From NCBI GenBank assembly GCA_965115825.1, contig OZ220464.1:2808874-2872873 (forward strand): a stretch of 64,000 nucleotides of DNA, read 5' to 3'. This DNA is from Dehalococcoidia bacterium. Its GTDB lineage: Bacteria > Chloroflexota > Dehalococcoidia > Lucifugimonadales > UBA3495. The translations under genes and the position numbers were made by a program. How positions within the stretch are numbered: position 1 is the first letter of the stretch; each line of letters opens with the position of its first letter. The notes below the pieces were generated by a model, which did no database searches, was not told the DNA's origin, and saw only the letters and a program-made list of their open reading frames with translations. Positions 30,149 through 39,228 of this stretch are shown piece after piece.

Positions 30149-30619
30149 GTGGAAGTGCAACAAGTGGCGGAAATCCTGCTGGAACGGGGGCAAAGGGTGT
30201 CGGTGGCGGAGGCCTGCACCAATGGGCTGCTGGGGTACACGCTGGGGAGTATCCCCGGCGCGTCGCGTTTCTTTCCCGGCGGCGTCATTGCTTATACCGG
30301 CGGGTTGAAGGAGAGCATCCTGGGCGTGCCGGAGGATCTGTACGACAGGGCGGGCAGCGTGAGCCGGGAGATGGCTATTGCGATGGCCCGGGGCGCGCTG
30401 GAGCTGACAGGCACGGACTATGCGCTGTCGACCACCGGCGTTACCGGGCCGGCGGAGGGACGGAGCGGACTGCCAATCGGAACGTTCTGGATTGGCCTGG
30501 CGGTGAAAGACGGCGAGGACGTCGCCGTCGAGATTCGGGTCGGCGGCGACCGCGACGCGACCAAGCACGGGGCGGTACAGGCAGCCATTGACCTGCTGGG
30601 CAGCCGACTGACCGCCTGA
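30149..30619 (+). CDS. pncC: CinA C-terminal / nicotinamide-nucleotide amidohydrolase family
   Basis: VAEACTNGLL, PGASRFF.GG..AY, GSVSREMA..MA.G, STTGVTGP. Confidence 0.8.
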   Translation: MEVQQVAEILLERGQRVSVAEACTNGLLGYTLGSIPGASRFFPGGVIAYTGGLKESILGVPEDLYDRAGSVSREMAIAMARGALELTGTDYALSTTGVTGPAEGRSGLPIGTFWIGLAVKDGEDVAVEIRVGGDRDATKHGAVQAAIDLLGSRLTA

Positions 30620-30634
30620 TAAGGAGGCGCAGCA

Positions 30635-31636
30635 ATGAAGTTTGGAGTTTCTCTTTCCGCCATCGCCCAGCAGCCGGCCGGCGCGGATATGCAGCGGGCC
30701 TTTGCCGACATCTGCGCCTATGTAGGCGCGGCGCGGGATTTGGGCTTTGACATGGTGTATCAGGGCCAGCACTATCTGACCGACCCATACCAGCAGTTGC
30801 AGACTATGCCGCTACTGGCGCGTATTTCCGGCGAAGCCAAGGGCATGGGCCTGGTGGCGACGCTGCTGGTACCGCTGCATCATCCGGTGGATTTGGCGGA
30901 GCGGGTGGCTACGATGGACGTGATTACCGGGGGGAACTTTACACTGTCGGCAGCGCTGGGGTACCGCGATGAGGAGTATGACAACTTTGGGGTGCCGCGC
31001 CGCTCACGGGTGGGTCGTTACCTGGAATGTCTGGAGGCGATGCGGCTGCTGTGGTCGGGGGAGCGGGTGAACTACGACGGGCAGTATTTCCAGCTGCGGG
31101 ACGCCCAGCTGATGCTGCGGCCGGTGCAGCAGCCTCCGCCGGTTTGGGTGGCGGCCAACAGCGACGCCGCCATCGTCCGCGCTGCCCGGCTGGGCTATAC
31201 CTGGTATGTGAATCCTCATGCCAAGTTTGACACCATCAGCCAGCAGGTGGAGATGTACCACGAGGCGGCGGATGCGGCCGGTTCCGGGGCGCCGGAGCGG
31301 CTGCCGCTGGGTCGGGAGGTGTTTGTGGGACGCACTCACGAGGAGGCCTTCGCCAGGGCTGCGCCCTATCTGGGAGGCAAGTACGAGGCCTATGCGCAAT
31401 GGGGTCAAGACAAGGCGCTGCCGGGAGAAGAGGACTTTCGGGAACCGTTTGAAGACCTGGCCCGCGACCGGTTCGTTATCGGCAACCCCGACGAGGTTGT
31501 GGAGGAGCTGACGCGCTACCGTGGGCTGGGGATGTCGCATGGCTGCTTCCGCATGATGTGGCCGGGGATGCCGCTGGCGGACGGGGTGGCGAACCTGGAG
31601 CTGTTCGCGGAGCGGGTGGCGCCGCATTTACGGTAG
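30635..31636 (+). CDS. LLM-class flavin-dependent oxidoreductase
   Basis: MKFGV, GQHY, HPVDLAERVATMD, GYRDEEY, PVWVAANS. Confidence 0.88.
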   Translation: MKFGVSLSAIAQQPAGADMQRAFADICAYVGAARDLGFDMVYQGQHYLTDPYQQLQTMPLLARISGEAKGMGLVATLLVPLHHPVDLAERVATMDVITGGNFTLSAALGYRDEEYDNFGVPRRSRVGRYLECLEAMRLLWSGERVNYDGQYFQLRDAQLMLRPVQQPPPVWVAANSDAAIVRAARLGYTWYVNPHAKFDTISQQVEMYHEAADAAGSGAPERLPLGREVFVGRTHEEAFARAAPYLGGKYEAYAQWGQDKALPGEEDFREPFEDLARDRFVIGNPDEVVEELTRYRGLGMSHGCFRMMWPGMPLADGVANLELFAERVAPHLR

Positions 31637-31643
31637 TGAGCAG

Positions 31644-32048
31644 TCAGGGACGCAGGCGCAGCTTAATCATCGAGATTAGCGCGGCGAGCGTCATATAGAT
31701 CCCGGTGGCGTATAACGCCACGAAGGTGAACCCGAATACAAGGAGGGCCCAAAACGGATTGTGGATGGCGAATACAAGCCATGTTCCTACTATGCCGAAG
31801 ACCGTTGCAATGGATGTCGCGCTGATTGCCAACCAATGCGGTTCCTTGAACAATGCCGGAACTACCGCCGCCAAGGCGATGATTGCCGCAACGAATTGCA
31901 GAGCAGAGCCGCGGCCTGATTGAATTGAGTCGGGCAAGTCAGGGCTCAACATTGGTATCAGGATGATGAGTATGCCCAGCAGAGTATAAGCGCCACACCA
32001 TGACCAGCCCAAGGCCACGAGGGCTTCACGCAATGCGCCCCTAATCAC
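31644..32048 (-). CDS. Small multi-pass membrane protein
   Basis: About 4 hydrophobic segments; overlaps the upstream ORF stop. Confidence 0.6.
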   Translation of the reverse strand: MIRGALREALVALGWSWCGAYTLLGILIILIPMLSPDLPDSIQSGRGSALQFVAAIIALAAVVPALFKEPHWLAISATSIATVFGIVGTWLVFAIHNPFWALLVFGFTFVALYATGIYMTLAALISMIKLRLRP

Positions 32049-32316
32049 CAGACCAGCCCCAAGGTTTCAGCCCTTGACGCCAGAGCGCCCAAACTGCGCT
32101 ACTCAACAAGAAAATCCACAATCCGGCTCCGGCCAGTAGCACAAGGCGTCTATCCCAAACACCAAACTCCGCCCACGCCTCCTGTAAGGGACTGATACCG
32201 GTCAGCGCCAAAGCTAAAAGCAATGACGCAGTGCAGACCAGAATGATGCCGGCTCCCAGCAGCAGCACTCTGGTGGGAAGACTCAGGCTTTCCAAGGGGA
32301 CAGGTCGCAGGGCCAT
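32041..32316 (-). CDS. Small two-TM membrane protein
   Basis: Two hydrophobic segments; GGAG RBS. Confidence 0.6.
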   Translation of the reverse strand: MALRPVPLESLSLPTRVLLLGAGIILVCTASLLLALALTGISPLQEAWAEFGVWDRRLVLLAGAGLWIFLLSSAVWALWRQGLKPWGWSGD

Positions 32317-32320
32317 AGCG

Positions 32321-34741
32321 TCAACTCCTTCCCGACTTTGCAATCAGTTTATCATGATGAGGATAGAGGGTTTGGGCCGTTTCGGCGTTGGCGGCGATGC
32401 GTTGCCAGTTGTAGAGCATGGGGATCATTTGAACCTGGGCCCATGTTGTGGCCTGGTCGGCGTAGTGCGGGCTGCCGGGGTGTCCGGAGGAACCGAGGGG
32501 GACGGCCCAGAGGGAACGCTCCCAGTCGGCCGGGTCGTAGGCGTAGCGGAATACCGACATACCGGCCACGGCGGCGAAGTCGGCCGGGGAGTAGGAACCG
32601 GCCCATGGGGTATCGTTGTCGCCGCCGGTGGCGATGCGTGGCGGGTCGAGAAGGCTGCCTAGCTCAGGCATAGTGAGGGAGAGCGGATGGCGGGGGCGCG
32701 TGCGATGCACGCGGTTCCAGGGCCAGTTTGCGATGTCGGGGCCGAGTTTAGCACTGAGAGCGTGCAGTCCTTCGGCCAGAGCGTCGCTCAAAGCGGTGGG
32801 CCAGTCCACGCCATGGGGCAGCAGGGCTGCGTCGTTGTCGGCGATGGCGTCGGTGATGAGGTTGCGGAAACGGTTGAGGAAAACGCCCCGGCCCCGGTCA
32901 AGGGGCTGCCAGGCCAGAGCGGCCAGGGATTCGCTGATGTTATGTTGCAGCAGCCGGCGGAGGAGGGCGTCGCGCATGGCGCTGTAGATGGTGGGTTCCA
33001 CCGCGTCGGCGTCCATGCTGCCCGACCAGGCGGACAGGCGGCGCAATGCGGCGGCGGCGGTGGCGTCGGAGGGTGGCGGCAGTTGGGACAGGGCGGCGAT
33101 GTAGGTTTGGGCCGGCAGGGAGATGCGCTCCGCGTGGATGCGGCTCATGTCGTTGGCGGAGGGATTGGGCAATGACTTGATGCCGTGGGCGACGCGCATG
33201 GCTCGGTAGCCGGGAACGAAGTCCATTGAGATGTAGTAGGGGTAATCGGCGCCGACGGGGCGGTTGTTGGCGGTTACGATGCAGCCTTCGGGCGGGTTGA
33301 TGCTGCGGGGGAGTTCCGCAAAGGGGATGCTACCCTGCCATTCGTGCCGTCCGTCCCAGCCGGGAACGGGCAAAGGGGAGGGGACGTCGCCGGGGCGTCG
33401 GGGGATTTCGCCGCGGCACTGGTAGCCGATGTTGCCGTGGGAGTCGACCATGACGAGGTTGTTGACGGGGTCGACCCAGTCTTGCATGGCGTCGGCCAGT
33501 TGAGGAACGCTGTCAGCGTCCAGCATGGAGCGGAGGATGTCGGTCCAAGGGTCGGGGCCGTCGCCGGCGGTGTAGCGGAGGGCGACGCCGTAGCCGGTGA
33601 GCGGGTCGCCGGCGATGATGGGGCCGTGGTGGGTAGCCCAGGTGCGCAGGCGCACATGGCCGGTTGAGGAATCCGGATCGGCGGCGGAAGGCGGCCCGGT
33701 CTCGGCGGTGGGTTTGCCGGCTACTTTGATTATCTCGTCGCGTACGTTGGCGTTGTACCAGTCTTCCTGGCGCTGGTAGAGGGAGGCGTCGGCGTCGTTG
33801 AAGCGTTCGATGTAGAGGTCTTGATAGTCGGCGGCGGTATGGGTTACGGACCAGGCGACGCGGCCGTTGTGTCCGAAGTGGGGGAAGCCGGGCAGTCCGG
33901 CGAAGGAGACGCCGATTACGTCGAAGGCGTCGCAGGCGAGATGGTTCTGGTAATAGACGCTGGGGGTGTCGAGTCCGCGGTGGCTGTCGCCGGCGAGGAT
34001 GGGCTGGCCGGTGGCGGTGAGGCGTCCGGAGATGGCCCAGGAGTTGGAGCCGGCGTCGGTTTCGCCGGTGAGGTTCAGGTCGGCGGCGCGCGCGAGCATT
34101 TGAGGGAGGCCGAAGTCGGCCGGGCCGTCGTAGTTTGCGCCGGTGGGAATGATGACGGGCTGGCCGGGAGGGTAGGAAGGGAACAGCTGGGCAGCGCGCC
34201 GGGGGCCCAGTTCTTTGACCAGGCGGGCTCGCCAGGCTTTGCTTTCGAACACGCCCATAAAGAGATGGCGGACTTTGTATATGGCCAGGCCGTGCCAGGG
34301 TTCCCAGGATTCGGGGGCGATGCCGGTGATGGCGTACTCGGCGGGCAGGGGAGCGGCGCTGTTGATGAAGGCGTTGACGCCTGCGGAGTAGGCGTCCAGC
34401 ATGGCTTTGGCGAGGGGGCCGGCGGCGGAATAATCGGCGATGGCGGCGTCAGCGAGGCGATGGCGGCGCATCTGCATATCCTGGTCGACGGCGGAGTGTC
34501 CGATGACTTCGGCCCAGCGTCCGACAGCGCGGCGGCGGTCGTACTCCATGGCCCACAGGCGGTCCTGGGCGGTGACGAAGCCCTGGGCAAACCAGGCGTC
34601 ATGCTCGTTGGCGGCGCGGACGTGGGGGATGCCCCAGGCGTCGCGCCAAACTGAGACCGTGTCGTGGAGGCCGCGCAGAGTTACTACGCCATCTAGAGGA
34701 GGCACGGCGGCCTGGAGGTCAGCGGAGGAGACGACGGACAT
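32321..34741 (-). CDS. Penicillin acylase family Ntn hydrolase
   Basis: RDAWGIPHV, AQGFVTAQDRL, GSNSWAISG, GDSH, SGHPGSPHYADQ. Confidence 0.93.
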   Translation of the reverse strand: MSVVSSADLQAAVPPLDGVVTLRGLHDTVSVWRDAWGIPHVRAANEHDAWFAQGFVTAQDRLWAMEYDRRRAVGRWAEVIGHSAVDQDMQMRRHRLADAAIADYSAAGPLAKAMLDAYSAGVNAFINSAAPLPAEYAITGIAPESWEPWHGLAIYKVRHLFMGVFESKAWRARLVKELGPRRAAQLFPSYPPGQPVIIPTGANYDGPADFGLPQMLARAADLNLTGETDAGSNSWAISGRLTATGQPILAGDSHRGLDTPSVYYQNHLACDAFDVIGVSFAGLPGFPHFGHNGRVAWSVTHTAADYQDLYIERFNDADASLYQRQEDWYNANVRDEIIKVAGKPTAETGPPSAADPDSSTGHVRLRTWATHHGPIIAGDPLTGYGVALRYTAGDGPDPWTDILRSMLDADSVPQLADAMQDWVDPVNNLVMVDSHGNIGYQCRGEIPRRPGDVPSPLPVPGWDGRHEWQGSIPFAELPRSINPPEGCIVTANNRPVGADYPYYISMDFVPGYRAMRVAHGIKSLPNPSANDMSRIHAERISLPAQTYIAALSQLPPPSDATAAAALRRLSAWSGSMDADAVEPTIYSAMRDALLRRLLQHNISESLAALAWQPLDRGRGVFLNRFRNLITDAIADNDAALLPHGVDWPTALSDALAEGLHALSAKLGPDIANWPWNRVHRTRPRHPLSLTMPELGSLLDPPRIATGGDNDTPWAGSYSPADFAAVAGMSVFRYAYDPADWERSLWAVPLGSSGHPGSPHYADQATTWAQVQMIPMLYNWQRIAANAETAQTLYPHHDKLIAKSGRS

Positions 34742-34819
34742 AAGGATACACCCCATAGCGTTGATGTTGGCGGCTATGGTATGGGGCGGGATGGGTTCCG
34801 TCAAATGCCGCAGGGGTGT

Positions 34820-34846
34820 GGGATGACGCGCCTGGCGCGTCATCCC
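34820..34846. repeat. Perfect 11-bp-stem palindrome (REP/terminator-like)
   Basis: gggatgacgcg-cctgg-cgcgtcatccc. Confidence 0.7.
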
Positions 34847-34949
34847 TTTCGGCGTGGTGGGGCGCGGGTGGTGGGGTTGGGGTTGGCAGTGTTCATGGTG
34901 GTTGTTTGCCTCCTTTTGGTCGGTCGGTGGATTCTGGGTTGGGTTCGTG

Positions 34950-35280
34950 GGGGTTCAGGATGTCGGCGCTACGGCCCGAGAGCGTGGCTTGCTATTTACG
35001 TCCTAGTCTTGCGCGTGCTGACGGCTGCTTACGCAGTGCTCGTCCTCGCGCAGCGGTGGTGACGCCCGCCGTGCTGGGTGCGCCAGCCGGGTAATGTGAC
35101 CGACCTCCGGCGCACCACAGTGGTGCAATGGATCCGACATGCCGCACAGTACGGATGCGGCGGATTAGACCGTGATGTCCTGAACCCCGTGAGACTCCTA
35201 TTCAGTTGTGGTGTCGGGCGGTTGTCCTGGCCGGGGACGGTATCCGACGGTTCGCGCGGGGCCGTTGGATGAGCCTGACG
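34950..35280 (-). ncRNA. Putative structured non-coding RNA/leader, or MITE (34950-35188 bounded by inverted repeats)
   Basis: No credible ORF; terminal IR GGGGTTCAGGA/TCCTGAACCCC; internal hairpins; strong upstream promoter. Confidence 0.4.
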
Positions 35281-35285
35281 GGGAT

Positions 35286-35313
35286 ATTATAGCACGGTGG
35301 TACGGTTTTGCAA
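35286..35313 (-). promoter_or_regulatory. sigma70-type promoter
   Basis: TTGCAA-16 bp-TATAAT with TG extension. Confidence 0.6.
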
Positions 35314-35322
35314 ACGGGGTTT

Positions 35323-35560
35323 TGTCAGAATCAGGATTTACAGGATTTTAGGATTTTCAGGATGGGGGTTGTGGTGTGCGGTGTTGGAGGGGAGAATGGG
35401 GGTTGGTGGTGGTGGGATTGTCGGAATTGGGATTTACGGGATTTTGGGGATTTTCAGGATGGGGGAGTAGGGTGCGGTGTTGGAGGGGAGAATGGGGGTT
35501 GGTGGTGGGGATTGTCAGAATCAGGATTTACGGGATTTTGGGGATTTGCAGGATGGGGGT
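35323..35560 (+). repeat. About 95-bp G/T-rich tandem repeat, 2.5 copies
   Basis: tgtcagaatcaggatttac.ggatttt..gattttcaggatggggg at 35323, 35419, 35513. Confidence 0.8.
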
Positions 35561-36349
35561 GCGGTTGGGGGGGTGGGTGTTGACGCTTATGTTGTTGGGG
35601 TTGGTGATGGGTGGCGGCTGTGTGAGGGTGGGTGTGATAAAATCGCGGCGGTTGGGCTCGGATGTCGGCAAGGTTTGGGCGTTGCTCGTGATACGGGACT
35701 GGATTACGTACGATGAGCGTGATGGCCTGGATGGTAGCGGCGGTTGGGCAGACGGTGGCGATGGTTGGGGTTGCGTCCTGGTGTGAGGGGTTCCGAGATA
35801 TCCGCAACCGCTTGCGGCAACCGCGTCGGTGTTGCGTCCGGCTGTGCGGGGTTCCGAGGAACCGGTTCACTCCCAGGTCAATCAGCGGACGGTTGCGTCC
35901 AGCTGTGTGGGGTTCCGAGTGGTTGAAGGTATTGCTGGTTGGGCTGATTTTGCTGCTGTTGGCCGGGCTGACCGCGTTTCTTATGTGCGGGATAGAGAGA
36001 AAGGATGAGGAGGTTATGGCATCCGCTACGCTTACGGTGTCGGATGTTGCGACGGCTGCGGCCGGCGTGAGGGAGACGCCGGGGGCTGTTGCGGTGTCTT
36101 AGGGGCTGGAAACGCCGGGGGCATCTGCCGGGGTCGGAGGGTCGCAGATGTCGGCCGTTCTCGTATTGTCCTATCCGCCGGAAGCGTCGGGCACTCCGAC
36201 CTGGTCCGGCGCAGTACCGGCGTCGGAGGGAGGGCTGTGGGGTGTGGGGTCTGACCCGGCGGCGGCCGTTCCTACATTGCCGGCTCTGCCACAGATGCCG
36301 GGCGTTACGGTAGAGGTTGTGGAGGCTACGGCTGCGCCTACCTCTGCTC

Positions 36350-37575
36350 CGGGGGAGGTTATTGGGGCGACGGTTGCGCCTACGGGCGGGCCAAGGCTGG
36401 GGGCTAGTGCGACGAGCGCGGCACTGTTGCCGGCTACTGCGACTGGGGCAGAGCCGCTGTCGGTTAGCACTGCGAGCATGGCAAGGCTGGGGGCTAGTGC
36501 GACGCCGACTCGGACAGCGACGGGGATGTCGCAGGTATGCCGACGGCTACCGTTACTGTTTCGGCTCCAGGGGATGCTATTGGGACGACGGCTACGCCTA
36601 TGTCCGCTGCTATGGGGGAGGTTATTGGGGCGACGGTTGCGCCTACGGGCGGGCCAAGGCTGGGGGCTAGTGCGACGAGCGCGGCACCGTTGCCGGCCAC
36701 TGCGACTGGGGCGGAGCCGGTGTTGGTTAGCACTGCGAGCATGGCAAGGCTGGGGGCTAGTGCGACGCCTGCTCGGACAGCGACGGGGATGTCGCAGGTA
36801 TGCCGACGGCTACCGTTACTGTTTCGGCTCCAGGGGATGCTATTGGGACGACGGCTACGCCTATGTCCGCTGCTATGGGGGAGGTTATTGGGGCGACGGT
36901 TGCGCCTACGGGCGGGCCAAGGCTGGGGGCTAGTGCGACGAGCGCGGCACCGTTGCCGACTACTGCGACTGGGGCAGAGCCGGTGTTGGTTAGCACTGCG
37001 AGCATGGCAAGGCTGGGGGTTAGTGCGACGCCTGCTCGGACAATGATGGGGATGTCGCAGGTATGCTGACAGCTACCGTTACTGTTTCGGCTCCAGGGGA
37101 TGCTATTGGGACGACGGCTACGCCTATGTCCGCTGCTATGGGGGAGGTTATTGGGGCGACGGTTGCGCCTACGGGCGGGCCAAGGCTGGGGGCTAGTGCG
37201 ACGAGCGCGGCACTGTTGCCGGCTACTGCGACTGGGGCAGAGCCGGTGTTGGTTAGCACTGCGAGCATGGCAAGGCTGGGGGCTAGTGCGACGCCTGCTC
37301 GGACAGCGACGGGGATGTCGCAGGTATGCCGACGGCTACCGTTACTGTTTCGGCTCCAGGGGATGCTATTGGGACGACGGCTACGCCTATGTCCGCTGCT
37401 ATGGGGGAGGTTATTGGGGCGACGGTTGCGCCTACGGGCGGGCCAAGGCTGAGGGCTAGTGCGACGAGCGCGGCACCGTTGCCGACTACTGCGACTGGGG
37501 CGGAGCCGGTGTTGGTTAGCACTACGAGCATGGCAAGGCTGGGGGCTAGTGCGACGCCTGCTCGGACAGCGACGG
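36350..37575 (+). repeat. 263-bp tandem repeat, about 4.6 copies
   Basis: Equivalent ORF starts at 36537, 36800, 37063, 37326. Confidence 0.9.
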
Positions 37576-37699
37576 GGACTCTGGCGGGGGCATCGGGAGG
37601 GACGGCGACGGGAACGGCAACGCGTACGCTGACACCGACGGGTAGTGCGACGCCTACTCGGACAGTGACGGGACTCCGGTGGGGGTATCAGCAGGGACG

Positions 37700-37995
37700 C
37701 CAACAGCTACTGTTTCACCTACGTCGACTTGGACGGCAACCTCTACGCCGACGGCTACTGTTTCGCCTACGGCGACTCGGACGGCAACCTCTACGCTGAC
37801 GGCTACTGTTTCACCTACGTCGACTTGGACGGCAACCTCTACGCCGACGGCTACTGTTTCGCCTACGGCGACTCGGACGGCAACCTCTACGCTGACGGCT
37901 ACTGTTTCGCCTACGGCGACTCGGACGGCAACCTCTACGCCGACGGCTACTGTTTCGCCTACGGCGACTCGGACGGCAACCTCTACGCTGACGCG
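37700..37995 (+). repeat. 42-bp tandem repeat (TATVSPTATRTATS)
   Basis: About 7 copies of acggctactgtttcgcctacggcgactcggacggcaacctct.. Confidence 0.85.
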
Positions 37996-39228
37996 GATGG
38001 CTACGCTTACGGCGACGCCAGCGCTAACGGGAACACCAACGCTTACACCAATGGCAATGCCTACGCAGATCCCAGCGGCAACACTTACGCAGACGCCTAT
38101 GCCCAGAGCCTGCGCCAGGCGGGACCGGGAGTCCGAGACCAGGCCAAGATGGTGGGGGCAAGCCAGCGCCTGCGCCAGGCGGGACCGGGTTGCGTCCTGT
38201 CGGGTGGGCTGGTGGCAGCAGCGACAGGGCCGGCGTCAGGCGGGACCGGGTTGCGTTGGAGGCGTTTTACCGCTCCGTCAACGGCGGGAGATGGTCAAAC
38301 TGGGCCAATTGGATGACTGACACGCCGTTGGGTGAGTGGCACGGGGTCGTTACCGACGGCGGCGGTTGTGTTGTAGAGTTAGTCCTTTAGTTTAATGGTA
38401 TGAATGGCAGGATAGCGCCAGCACTGGGGAACCTCCGCTACTTGGAGAGGCTCAATCTGACTGGGAACCGGTTGAGTGGCAGGATACCGGAGGAGCTGGG
38501 TAGTCTCGCCAACGTGCGAGTGTTGGATCTCGGACCGAACCGGTTGAGTGGTGGGATACCGGAGGAGCTGGGGAACCTCCGCAACTTGGAGAGGCTCGAT
38601 CTGACTGGGAACCGGTTGAGTGGTGGGATACCGGAGGAGCTGGGGAACCTCGGCAACTTGGAGAGGCTCAATCTGACTGGGAACCGGTTGAGTGGCGGGA
38701 TACCGGAGGAGCTGGGGAACCTCCGGTATGTGACGGAGCTGGATCTGGCAAAAAAATCGGCTGTCGGGTGAGATACCGGAGGGCTGGGAACCTCACCGAA
38801 TTGAAAACGCTGTTCCTCGGTGATGAGAATGAGATCCACATAAATAAGAATGAGTTCATCGGGTGCATATCAAGGGCTTTGCGCGCTGTCGCCCTGCATG
38901 ACTTGGGCACCTTGGACATAGGATGCTGTTAGGAGGTCGGAATCCGGATTGAGGGGGGTCAGTTGCGGCGTTGGGTTTGGGCCTCGCGTCAAAGGGTGTA
39001 GGGCGCCGGATTTGGTTGGGTTGCCGGGTTGGTGGAATGGTGGTACAAGTTGAGTTGGGGATGGGTATGCGGGAGTAGGGCCGTCGGGCTGCTGATAGGC
39101 TTGGCCGGTCTGGGGTGTGGGATGGGCGCGCGAGGGTGGGCCAGTAATGTTGGACAACGACATCAAGCAGAAAGGTGTGGGGTGGGCGCGCGAGGGTAGG
39201 GGATGGCTATGCAGAGAGAGGGGAATGG

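Larger units (their letters stand above)
35713..38932 (+). pseudogene. Third TM-PT-stalk-LRR gene, disrupted by several frameshifts and an in-frame TAG
   Basis: WLKVLLVGLILLLLAGL TM, T/A/P stalk, DRVALEAFY..NWMTDTPLGEWHGV cap, TAG at 38388, LRRs [17 protein letters not shown]. Confidence 0.8.

Noticed and set aside
34950-35188. Group I intron or known riboswitch (cobalamin, c-di-AMP, guanidine)
   Set aside because: A GACUA is present but there is no matching P7 partner, and riboswitch consensus cores were not found by eye
35323-35560. Possible CRISPR array
   Set aside because: Inter-repeat segments are near-copies of each other, repeats are degenerate, and there are no cas genes
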